Source of the DNA: Candidatus Nanosyncoccus sp.
GTDB lineage: Bacteria > Patescibacteriota > Saccharimonadia > Saccharimonadales > Saccharimonadaceae
Direction: 5' to 3'
Assembly (NCBI GenBank): GCA_045640685.1
Contig: JAZUFO010000003.1
Location: forward strand, 79,947-143,946
Length of the DNA: 64,000 nt
Shown: piece after piece, positions 27,656 through 35,190 of the stretch
Numbering within the stretch: the stretch's first letter is position 1
How the letters are laid out: every line of letters starts with the position of its first letter
Program-made: the position numbers and the translations under genes
The notes under the pieces: generated by a model
Databases searched by the model: none
What the model saw: the letters and a program-made list of their open reading frames with translations, nothing else
What the model was told of the DNA's origin: nothing

Positions 27656-28249
27656 TTATTCTCCGTAACTATGTTCTATATTCCCACCATTAACATCATT
27701 AATCTGTTCTGTTGCACCAGGAACGAGTTTTTTAATCTCGCGCATGATTCTTTCCTCAACCTCCTCAACAGTGCCAATTCCATCTACCGGAATAATTGGA
27801 ATGTTCTGTTCTTTAAGAAGTGGAGTAACCTTCGTAACAAATTCATCATAAATAGCAAAACGATGTTCGATAGTTGCCATACTCTCATCGTCGGCTCTAG
27901 CACGTTTTGCAAGGCGAGCTTTCAATTCTTCATCAGAAACATCAAGAACAATAACACCATCAATCTTGTCATTAAGTTCATTAACAAACCATTCAACCTG
28001 ACGATCCGAACGAGGATATTGATCGAAAATAATATTAAAGCCTTCCATCTCAGCTTTTTCGATGGCGGCATTTACTAAACGAATGGTTTCTTCGCTATCA
28101 ACAATTCCCCCAACCTTCAAAATATCATCAAATTTACCCGAATCTCTTAGAATCTGACCAACAGAAAGCCACTTCCAACCAAACTTTTCGGCGATATTAT
28201 ATCCTTGAGTAGATTTTCCAGAACCAGCCTTACCAAATAAACAAATCAT
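27656..28249 (-). CDS. Adenylate kinase-family NMP kinase, paralogue 2 (short, no zinc LID)
   Basis: GKAGSGKSTQG P-loop, SVGQILR, FDQYPRS. ATGA overlap with the upstream paralogue. Confidence 0.7.
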   Translation of the reverse strand: MICLFGKAGSGKSTQGYNIAEKFGWKWLSVGQILRDSGKFDDILKVGGIVDSEETIRLVNAAIEKAEMEGFNIIFDQYPRSDRQVEWFVNELNDKIDGVIVLDVSDEELKARLAKRARADDESMATIEHRFAIYDEFVTKVTPLLKEQNIPIIPVDGIGTVEEVEERIMREIKKLVPGATEQINDVNGGNIEHSYGE

Positions 28250-28785
28250 AGAACCTCCTTTAGTTCAGTTTTAATTCTTTCAGTAATTTCCTCAACGGTA
28301 CCAACGCCATCGATACGTTTCAAAATCATTCCATGTTCGGTCAGATAATCAAGGATTTGATCACGGTTTTCTTCGTACATACGAACACGTTCATAAACGA
28401 TACCTTCTGAATCCTGATCACGACCACGCAACTTCATACGACCCAAAAGTTCATCTAGAGGAACCATGATTTCGACAGCCATATCTGGAGTCTCATCAGC
28501 AGCAACCAAAGCTTTAGCCTGTGACAAAATTCTCGGAAAACCATCCAAAATAACTTTATCCTTACCCATAATATTCTCGAGAGCAAGTTCAATCACAATA
28601 CTATCGTCGACTAGTTTTGCAGTCTTTAGAATCTCTATAATTTCAGGGTCATCACTAGCGCGCAAAAGCTCACCAGTCGAAACCCAGTCATAACCATACT
28701 CTTTTGCAATAATCTGTCCCTGCGTCGATTTTCCAGATCCAGGAACACCTAAAAATAATATTTTCATCTTAAAATTATTATACAT
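28246..28785 (-). CDS. adk: Adenylate kinase-family NMP kinase, paralogue 1
   Basis: GVPGSGKSTQG, STGELLR, LDGFPR. ATG 28785 has a GGGAGG RBS 7 nt upstream. Confidence 0.7.
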   Translation of the reverse strand: MYNNFKMKILFLGVPGSGKSTQGQIIAKEYGYDWVSTGELLRASDDPEIIEILKTAKLVDDSIVIELALENIMGKDKVILDGFPRILSQAKALVAADETPDMAVEIMVPLDELLGRMKLRGRDQDSEGIVYERVRMYEENRDQILDYLTEHGMILKRIDGVGTVEEITERIKTELKEVL

Positions 28786-28816
28786 CAAAATACCTCCCAG
28801 AAGGAGGTATCTTTAA

Positions 28817-29035
28817 TTATTTTAGACCTAATTTAATGCGTTCGGTCTTTTCAGCCTTACGGCGTTCACGGATGATAGCTTTAAGACGGCGTTCGCGCTT
28901 TGAAATTGGTTTTGAAAAGCGCATTTGTTCCTTCTTAAGAGGCATGATTCCGCTTTGAAGAACCTTACGATTGAAGCGACGAATAATGTTTTCGTTTGCT
29001 TCACCTTGATCTTTTCTAGTTACTTTGATTGCCAT
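28817..29035 (-). CDS. rpsU: 30S ribosomal protein S21
   Basis: MAIKVTRKDQGE..IIRRFNRKV...KPISKRERRLKA is S21-like. An alternative upstream start exists at 29059. Confidence 0.7.
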   Translation of the reverse strand: MAIKVTRKDQGEANENIIRRFNRKVLQSGIMPLKKEQMRFSKPISKRERRLKAIIRERRKAEKTERIKLGLK

Positions 29036-29090
29036 ACTGAGACGTATTATATCATTCATGAGGTAAAATTACAACCCCAAATTAATACCT

Positions 29091-30881
29091 CTACATCCCT
29101 GGAATACGGAAGGCACCTGGATCATTAGTGGCTGGGCCATAAATCTGATCACGCATTGCTGGTTGTGAGCCTAAAGATTCTGGTTCAGGAGCCGTTACTG
29201 GCTCAGCGGGTTGGATAGGTTCAATTGCAGGAATTTCAGGAGCTGGAGCTACTGGAAATTCAGGTGCTGGGATATCAGCAACAGGAGCAGCTGGAGTTTC
29301 GACGGCTGGAGTTTCAGCTACTGGAGCAGCAGGAGCTTCTGCTGGAACTTCAGGAACTGCGACAGTCTCAGGAACCGCTGGCATTTCTGAAACAGCTGGA
29401 GTTTCCGGAGCAACTGGAGTTTCTTCTACTACAGGTGTTTCAGCAACTGGTGCCGGAGCTGCAGTTTCATTTAGTCCATAATCAATCTCTGGAGCAGCAA
29501 CCTCTGCCTCATTTGAGACGATTGGAGCAGCATTTGAAGCAGGATTCAAATCCTCTTTTAAAGCCTCTTCCATCATATCGCTATATTTATTTGGTTCGTC
29601 ATTCGTGAGTGCTTTCATATCAATATCAGCACTTGGTGCGATTACCTTCTCAGGCTTAGGAAGAATATTCTCGGTTTTTTCTTCAGTCTTCTCTTCCTTT
29701 TTCTCTGCTGGTTTTTCAGACGCAATTGAATCACCATTAAACATTGGAGCAGCAACTGGAGTTGTAGCAACAGGAATATCGGTATAAGTTGCAGCCATTA
29801 CAGCTTCTGCTTCATCAATATCGCTGTTCTTCTCGCTATCAACTTGGAGGATATTCTCCTCAGGTTGAATTGCCTCAGCACCCATGTTTGCAAGCGTATC
29901 TTGCGCAGCCTTCAACTCATCAACCGTTTCATCGGCCTTCTTTTCGCCTTTATTATCAATTTCAATTTCAGTAACTTCATCATTCTTCGATGCAGCTTGT
30001 TTTTCTGAAGCCATCGCACCCATGAACATCTCGTTATCAACATCTGGAGTAACGTTCTTAGCGATAAGCTGTTGGTTTGCACCAGATTTCATAAGCTTTG
30101 AAGCCATCAACATTGTTGCGGAAGACGTACGAGCGTTAGAGAAACGATCAGTAGCAGCAACGATACCAGTAAGGAATGCCGTTGCTTCGTCCTTTTCAAC
30201 TGGATATTCAGCATTCATTGAGTAGGCAAGTCCGGCAGAAATTTCAGAAACAGAACTCATAGCAGGTTCGCTCCATTCGATTTCACCTAACTTACCAGGA
30301 ACACCAGTCGTAATATTAATTACAACAGCATCGTGCATAATACGACCGTATTCACGCAAAGCAGAATCGAGGTCAACGCCATTCGCAACATCAAGAGCGA
30401 TTACCAAATCAACATTATAATCGCCATAAGAGAATTCAAGGTCTTCCTCCGCAACTTTTGCCTTGTACGGAGTAATATAGAATTTTACATAATCACCATC
30501 AGGAGTACAGCGGACATGGTCAGCTTTCTCCTTATTAATAGCAACTACGAAATCCTGCAAAATATCTGCAGACTCTGCAAACTTATCGCCTGGCTCCAAA
30601 AATTCAAGAGCATTTGGAGTTGCACCAGAATAAATTGCAGTAGCTTTCTTCCCCATCTTGTCGAGATAAATTGACAAACCGATAGCGGCTGACAATTCAT
30701 CAACTGATGGATCAGAAGACAAGGCCACCAAAATATTTTTGGCACCTTTAATTCTGTCAATTATTTGATTTACTATTGTTTTGTTGATTTGTATTTCTGA
30801 ATTCAAATCAACATCTTTTGGAACGATTTTTTGCAAATCGTCCGCAAGCGGAGTTGTTTGTTGATTATTTTCGTTTGGCAT
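29091..30881 (-). CDS. DHH/DHHA1 (NrnA-like) fold protein with degenerate catalytic motifs and a long P/A/E/V-rich tail
   Basis: NrnA-like layout (ILVALSSDPSVDELSAAIGL ... DLVIALDV ... GIVAATDRFSNA). The H..PDGD and DHH motifs read SSDPSVDE and NITTG. The C-terminal ~200 aa are low complexity (PETPAV...). Confidence 0.55.
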   Translation of the reverse strand: MPNENNQQTTPLADDLQKIVPKDVDLNSEIQINKTIVNQIIDRIKGAKNILVALSSDPSVDELSAAIGLSIYLDKMGKKATAIYSGATPNALEFLEPGDKFAESADILQDFVVAINKEKADHVRCTPDGDYVKFYITPYKAKVAEEDLEFSYGDYNVDLVIALDVANGVDLDSALREYGRIMHDAVVINITTGVPGKLGEIEWSEPAMSSVSEISAGLAYSMNAEYPVEKDEATAFLTGIVAATDRFSNARTSSATMLMASKLMKSGANQQLIAKNVTPDVDNEMFMGAMASEKQAASKNDEVTEIEIDNKGEKKADETVDELKAAQDTLANMGAEAIQPEENILQVDSEKNSDIDEAEAVMAATYTDIPVATTPVAAPMFNGDSIASEKPAEKKEEKTEEKTENILPKPEKVIAPSADIDMKALTNDEPNKYSDMMEEALKEDLNPASNAAPIVSNEAEVAAPEIDYGLNETAAPAPVAETPVVEETPVAPETPAVSEMPAVPETVAVPEVPAEAPAAPVAETPAVETPAAPVADIPAPEFPVAPAPEIPAIEPIQPAEPVTAPEPESLGSQPAMRDQIYGPATNDPGAFRIPGM

Positions 30882-30968
30882 TTTTATTTTTTGACCTATT
30901 TACCCCCTAACCTTAGCATAAGTTTTTTAATTTGTAAAGCCCCTATCTCAAGAAGATAAGATTCCGTC

Positions 30969-30997
30969 TTTACTTTTCTCCCAAAATAAGATATAAT
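30969..30997 (+). promoter_or_regulatory. Candidate rpsT promoter (TTTACT-N17-TATAAT)
   Basis: Hexamers at 30969-30974 and 30992-30997. Confidence 0.4.
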
Positions 30998-31036
30998 ACT
31001 TCAAAGTTATTAATTAAATCTAAATAGGAATTCTAA

Positions 31037-31375
31037 ATGCCGATTATTAAATCCGCAAAAAAGGCTGCTCGCCAAGCTGAAAAGCGCACAAAGCACAATG
31101 TAGAAATCAAGAAAGCTATCAAGACTGCTCTTAAAGCTTTCAAAGCAAACCCAACTGCAGAAAATCTTTCAAAAGCACAAAGCGAATACGACAAAGCTGT
31201 TAAAAAAGATCTTATGAAGAAAAACACAGCATCACGCCGCAAAGCAAATCTTGTCAAAATCGCAAAAGCTGCAAACGCTAAAGCTGAAAAACCAGCAAAA
31301 GCTCCAGCAGCAAAGAAAGCTACAGCAAAGAAACCTGCAGCAAAAAAGACTTCAGCAAAGAAAACGGCTGAATAG
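31037..31375 (+). CDS. rpsT: 30S ribosomal protein S20 with an A/K/P-rich C-terminal extension
   Basis: MPIIKSAKKAARQAEKRTKHN... is typical S20. About 30 extra residues follow (AKKATAKKPAAKKTSAKK). Confidence 0.9.
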   Translation: MPIIKSAKKAARQAEKRTKHNVEIKKAIKTALKAFKANPTAENLSKAQSEYDKAVKKDLMKKNTASRRKANLVKIAKAANAKAEKPAKAPAAKKATAKKPAAKKTSAKKTAE

Positions 31376-31928
31376 AAGATTCACTCTTCATTTGTAAATC
31401 GAGTTTAGAGAGTTCCAAAAGAACTCTCTTTTCTTTTGTTCCCTGTTTATATTGAAAATCCTTCAAAGCTTGCGAAACAAGCAAACCAAAAAACATATAT
31501 GGATCCTGCGTGTCCTCAATTTCTTCAAGCATTGACACAGCCTTTTTCCCGTCGCGCTTTGCAGTTTTAAAAATTTCAAAAACCAAACCTGTATTAATTG
31601 GTGCCGCAGCCTTAAACTCCGTACATTCAACTTTATCTTTCAAAGTTTTATATGTAACGGTACGCTTATCAAGCTTCGATTCGAACAAAATAATATCATG
31701 TGGGGTATCCAAAAAATCCACCAGCTTTTCAAAGGCATCTTTATTCTCACCCAAATCTTTAATCACGATCGAACGCTTATCAACAAAAAGCGAAGAACCT
31801 TTGAAGATACTTGGAAGATCACTAAGTTGCAGCTCAGTTCCTTCAAAAACTTCATAAGAATTGCCAAACATTGCTGCAATGGTATTCTTAATCTTTACTC
31901 TATCGTCACCATAAAATATTTTTATCAT
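31320..31928 (-). CDS. holA: DNA polymerase III delta subunit-like (short)
   Basis: MIKIFYGDD...LFESKLDKR... resembles the HolA N-terminal domains. Start set at 31928 (ATGA overlap with the mutM stop). The 3' end overlaps rpsT by 56 nt. Confidence 0.55.
   Translation of the reverse strand: MIKIFYGDDRVKIKNTIAAMFGNSYEVFEGTELQLSDLPSIFKGSSLFVDKRSIVIKDLGENKDAFEKLVDFLDTPHDIILFESKLDKRTVTYKTLKDKVECTEFKAAAPINTGLVFEIFKTAKRDGKKAVSMLEEIEDTQDPYMFFGLLVSQALKDFQYKQGTKEKRVLLELSKLDLQMKSESSIQPFSLLKSFLLQVSLL
31407..31438 (+). terminator. rpsT intrinsic terminator, embedded in the convergent holA-like ORF
   Basis: AGAGAGTTC-CAAAA-GAACTCTCT followed by TTTCTTTTG. Confidence 0.7.
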
Positions 31929-32776
31929 TTTTGACACTCCGGACAAATGTGTGTTCCACGCCCCGCAACACGTATCTTTTTTATAATTGTACCGCAACAT
32001 GGGCAAGGTGTTCCCTCTTTTCGAAATACTTTTGCAAATTTATCCAAATAGTCGCCTTTTGTGCCATCCGCTTTGACGTAAGTTGCCATAGTAGAACCAC
32101 CAGACTCAATCGATTCAGTCATTACTTTTCTAGCACCTTCAAGCAGCAACGATGCCTCCTGTCTATTCAAAGAACCGGCCTTTCGCTCTGGATGAATCCT
32201 AGCATAAAACAACGATTCATCCGCATAAATATTCCCCAAACCACAAATAATAGTTTGATCCAAAATAGCCGCTTTGATCAATGAATTCTTGTGTCTTTGC
32301 AATTTTTCATAAAACTCATCCGTTTCCATATCCCATGGTTCCCTCGCCAACTTCTGAATAAATTCGTCACGAGAAACATCTACCGTTTTTAAAACCTTAA
32401 TGAAACCGAATTTTCTTTGATCATTGAAAAATAGTTTACCATCTTCGAATTCGAACATAATACGCGTTTGTTTATTCGGTAATTCCGCAACAAAATTCTC
32501 GCTCGGATGTCCCGCAGCGTAACGCGTTTCGCCCTGCCAAATCAGCTGCCCCGTCATCCGAAGATGAATCATTAATGAATATTCATTCTCGAGATCAAGA
32601 ACCAAGGCCTTGCCAAAACGCCTAATCTGAACAACCCTCAAATTCTCAACCCGAAAATCAGAAAAGTCATTCTTAAAACTCTTTACTTCAAAAACACTCA
32701 TCTGAACAATTTTTTTATTCAGAATAAAACCAGATAATCCTCTCCTAATAGTTTCAACTTCTGGCAGCTCAGGCAT
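31925..32776 (-). CDS. mutM: Formamidopyrimidine-DNA glycosylase
   Basis: MPELPEVE N-terminus, H2TH, and a C-terminal CxxC...CxxC zinc finger. Confidence 0.9.
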   Translation of the reverse strand: MPELPEVETIRRGLSGFILNKKIVQMSVFEVKSFKNDFSDFRVENLRVVQIRRFGKALVLDLENEYSLMIHLRMTGQLIWQGETRYAAGHPSENFVAELPNKQTRIMFEFEDGKLFFNDQRKFGFIKVLKTVDVSRDEFIQKLAREPWDMETDEFYEKLQRHKNSLIKAAILDQTIICGLGNIYADESLFYARIHPERKAGSLNRQEASLLLEGARKVMTESIESGGSTMATYVKADGTKGDYLDKFAKVFRKEGTPCPCCGTIIKKIRVAGRGTHICPECQK

Positions 32777-33401
32777 CCCGCGCCCCTAAATAATCGTCAC
32801 AAAAACTCTTAATCATGCGATCGATTACATCGTCCAACTTTTCTTCGTTATAAAAAATGTATTGTCTTCCAGCCGTACCACCAGCAAGACGATTATTATT
32901 AATAATGTCTTCAACTTCTTCAATTTCTTCAACATTCACATCGACATTTTCAATTGTGTTTGCGACAGCTATGGCAGATTCTTTGTCTGCAACATTCAAA
33001 ATATGATGCTGGTATTTCGTATCATAAAGCCAAAAATCATTATGTTTAATATCGCGTTTCTTATCAAAACTCTTCTTACCATAGTCGGTCTCTTTAACCT
33101 TGCTGTAATAATCATAGTTAAAAAATCCATCCGTATAAAGATGCAACAAAAAGCCCACATGAATCGGCGAACACTCATTAATCTCTTTCTTATATTTCTC
33201 ATAAAAATTTAATGAACTTTTCTTGTCTTGTACCCAGTGGGTAGTTGAGTGATCTTGCACAACACGAACGTTATTGTTGTATCCGTTATTAATATCTGGC
33301 AAAATACAACCAAGCAAAAACTCCTCACGTTCTTTTCCGGACAATTTCATTTTGTCCGCCACACGTTCACCAACTTCAAGATGTATATTCCAACTAGGCA
33401 T
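32769..33401 (-). CDS. Hypothetical protein, possibly zinc-dependent phospholipase C-like
   Basis: His/Asp-rich pattern (WNIHLE, ILPDINN, HW, HLYTD). Assignment is weak. Confidence 0.35.
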   Translation of the reverse strand: MPSWNIHLEVGERVADKMKLSGKEREEFLLGCILPDINNGYNNNVRVVQDHSTTHWVQDKKSSLNFYEKYKKEINECSPIHVGFLLHLYTDGFFNYDYYSKVKETDYGKKSFDKKRDIKHNDFWLYDTKYQHHILNVADKESAIAVANTIENVDVNVEEIEEVEDIINNNRLAGGTAGRQYIFYNEEKLDDVIDRMIKSFCDDYLGARDA

Positions 33402-34358
33402 TTAATTCTCCAATAATTTACATACTAATGCGACGATAAGTTCCCTTTCGTTTGGGTTGCTTTCAGAAATCAAAAGCGCCAAGGCAGTTAAAGCGCGATC
33501 CGAAATTTTCGTCTCACCGTTTCTTGTTAAATGATAATTGTTAAAAGTTAAAAACGCGATAAAAAGCAAAGCGCCAATTCTTTTGTTTCCATCCATAAAA
33601 GGACGTTTTTTAATCACGAGATAAAGTAAATTCGCAGCCTTTTCCGCAACTGTTTCAGGCGCATAGGCCTCTTCTAACACTTTTTCAAGAACACCATCTC
33701 GCTCAGCTCCAAAATCCTCATCATCCTTTTCGGTTTTGCGAATCTGAGTAATAATTTTTAAACACTCATCAGTATTAATCAGTCGCGCCGTTTTCTTTCC
33801 GCTAGACAAAGGAATATAACCATCACTAAACTCCTTCAAAACCTTCAAGCTCGGACTATATTTTGAGATAACTTCAAGAATGCCTTTCGTTTCGATATCA
33901 CTAAGCTCTGTCGCAGCAACAAGTCGTTTTACGATTCCCAAAGTCCCTTCAATCTCGCGCAACTTCTTCGAGTCGAGTTCACTAAGCCTACGCTCGTTAA
34001 CGGCAGCGCCATCAACCACATATTGTTTCAAAATTCGTGTTGCCCAAATCCTAAAATCAGTGGCTTTTCTCGAATTAACACGATAGCCAACAGATATAAT
34101 CGCATCCAAATTATACATTTTAGTCTGATATGTTTTTCCATCCGCGGCAGTTCGTGCATTTTTTGCACATGCTGATTCTTCCTCTAGTTCCCCATCACGA
34201 AAAATATTACGCAAGTGACGACCAATCACGGTACGATCGACATCAAAAAGGTCCGAGATTTGCTCTTGTGTCGCCCAAATCGTCTGTTGTTTCTGATCAA
34301 TGTCAAAAGCAACTTCCGCATTCTTTCCCTTATATATTTCGATCTGTTTTTTATCCAT
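33402..34358 (-). CDS. RhuM-family N-terminal domain fused to a Fic/Doc-like domain with a degenerate motif
   Basis: RhuM-like YNLDAIISVGYRVNS..ATDFRIWATRILK. The C-terminal RPFMDGNKR sits where Doc/Fic has HxFxDGNKR. Start set at ATG 34358 (GAAAGG RBS) rather than GTG 34388. Confidence 0.65.
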   Translation of the reverse strand: MDKKQIEIYKGKNAEVAFDIDQKQQTIWATQEQISDLFDVDRTVIGRHLRNIFRDGELEEESACAKNARTAADGKTYQTKMYNLDAIISVGYRVNSRKATDFRIWATRILKQYVVDGAAVNERRLSELDSKKLREIEGTLGIVKRLVAATELSDIETKGILEVISKYSPSLKVLKEFSDGYIPLSSGKKTARLINTDECLKIITQIRKTEKDDEDFGAERDGVLEKVLEEAYAPETVAEKAANLLYLVIKKRPFMDGNKRIGALLFIAFLTFNNYHLTRNGETKISDRALTALALLISESNPNERELIVALVCKLLEN

Positions 34359-34383
34359 ATCAAACCTTTCAGTTCGTGCATTA

Positions 34384-34432
34384 TGCACATACTGACCTTA
34401 GTATATCAGTATGTGCATTTTTTGCACATACT
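34384..34432. promoter_or_regulatory. Operator-like palindrome embracing the -10 of the RhuM-Fic gene
   Basis: TGCACATACTGA (34384-34395) and TCAGTATGTGCA (34406-34417) are perfect inverted repeats. Minus-strand TGATATACT (34400-34408) lies between and over them. A third half-site TGCACATACT is at 34423-34432. Confidence 0.55.
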
Positions 34433-34461
34433 AAAAAACACCTCTGGAAAGAGGTGTTTTT
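34433..34461. terminator. Bidirectional intrinsic terminator
   Basis: AAAAAACACCTCT-GGAA-AGAGGTGTTTTT. Confidence 0.75.
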
Positions 34462-34468
34462 ATTAGTC

Positions 34469-35167
34469 TTAGACGTAAATTATTTCAACGCCAGCAAGTC
34501 TAACTTTTCCTTTGATTGTTAGAGTCTTGCCGTTAGAATCTGCCGGCTTATTTTTCTCTTCAACTCCACCAAGAGATGCTGCTACTTGATTTTTAATATG
34601 CCATTCCTTTGGAACGTAAAGCTCAACCCCAGAGAAAGCAACATCAAGATCGATAACTGCTTTATCATTCTTAAGATCCGCTTCGCTGAGATAAATCTTA
34701 GCCGCACCAAAATGCATCTTAACATCAATTCGTTCAACAGTTTTTACATTGATATACTTCGCAACGGCGCTAAAAGAAGATTCAATATTAATAATATTTT
34801 CTTCACCGGAAATTTTTTCTTCCTCAAAATCACGTTCATGATCGTCGCGGCATCCATGTTTTTTATTGCCAAAGATAATATTAAGACCAAATCCAGCAAG
34901 TGCAGCCGCACAAATAAGTGGCCAAGGAGTAATTGCATCCAAACCAAGCTGGTCCGAGAAAATTACACAGATAATGGCTGGAGCCATTAGAATTCCAAAG
35001 AATTGCATGGTCACAAGACTTTCAAAGAAAATCATAACCAAAAACGCAGTTAAAATCCCATCGGTAACACTAAAACCTAAATTAATAGTTCCTAACGCTT
35101 CCAAAAGAATTAATACGGCGCTCGCAACTAAAACTAAACCAAATATTATTTTTTTAAACTTTTCCAT
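34469..35167 (-). CDS. Membrane protein with a LiaF-like C-terminal domain
   Basis: Four or five TM helices, then a beta-rich domain (VAFSGVELYVPKEWHIKNQ..LGGVEEK). GAGGAG RBS before ATG 35167. Confidence 0.5.
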   Translation of the reverse strand: MEKFKKIIFGLVLVASAVLILLEALGTINLGFSVTDGILTAFLVMIFFESLVTMQFFGILMAPAIICVIFSDQLGLDAITPWPLICAAALAGFGLNIIFGNKKHGCRDDHERDFEEEKISGEENIINIESSFSAVAKYINVKTVERIDVKMHFGAAKIYLSEADLKNDKAVIDLDVAFSGVELYVPKEWHIKNQVAASLGGVEEKNKPADSNGKTLTIKGKVRLAGVEIIYV

Positions 35168-35190
35168 TATTTCTCCTCTCATTTCCTATT

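Noticed and set aside
27428-28078. 216-aa plus-strand ORF
   Set aside because: It is antisense to map and the adk-like gene, low-complexity (Ser/Ile/Phe-rich), and has no RBS. It is a shadow ORF of well-supported minus-strand genes.
31929-32006. Upstream start of the holA-like ORF (MPMLRYNYKKDTCCG...)
   Set aside because: The extension lies inside the mutM coding region. MIKIFYGDD at 31928 forms a typical ATGA stop/start junction with mutM.
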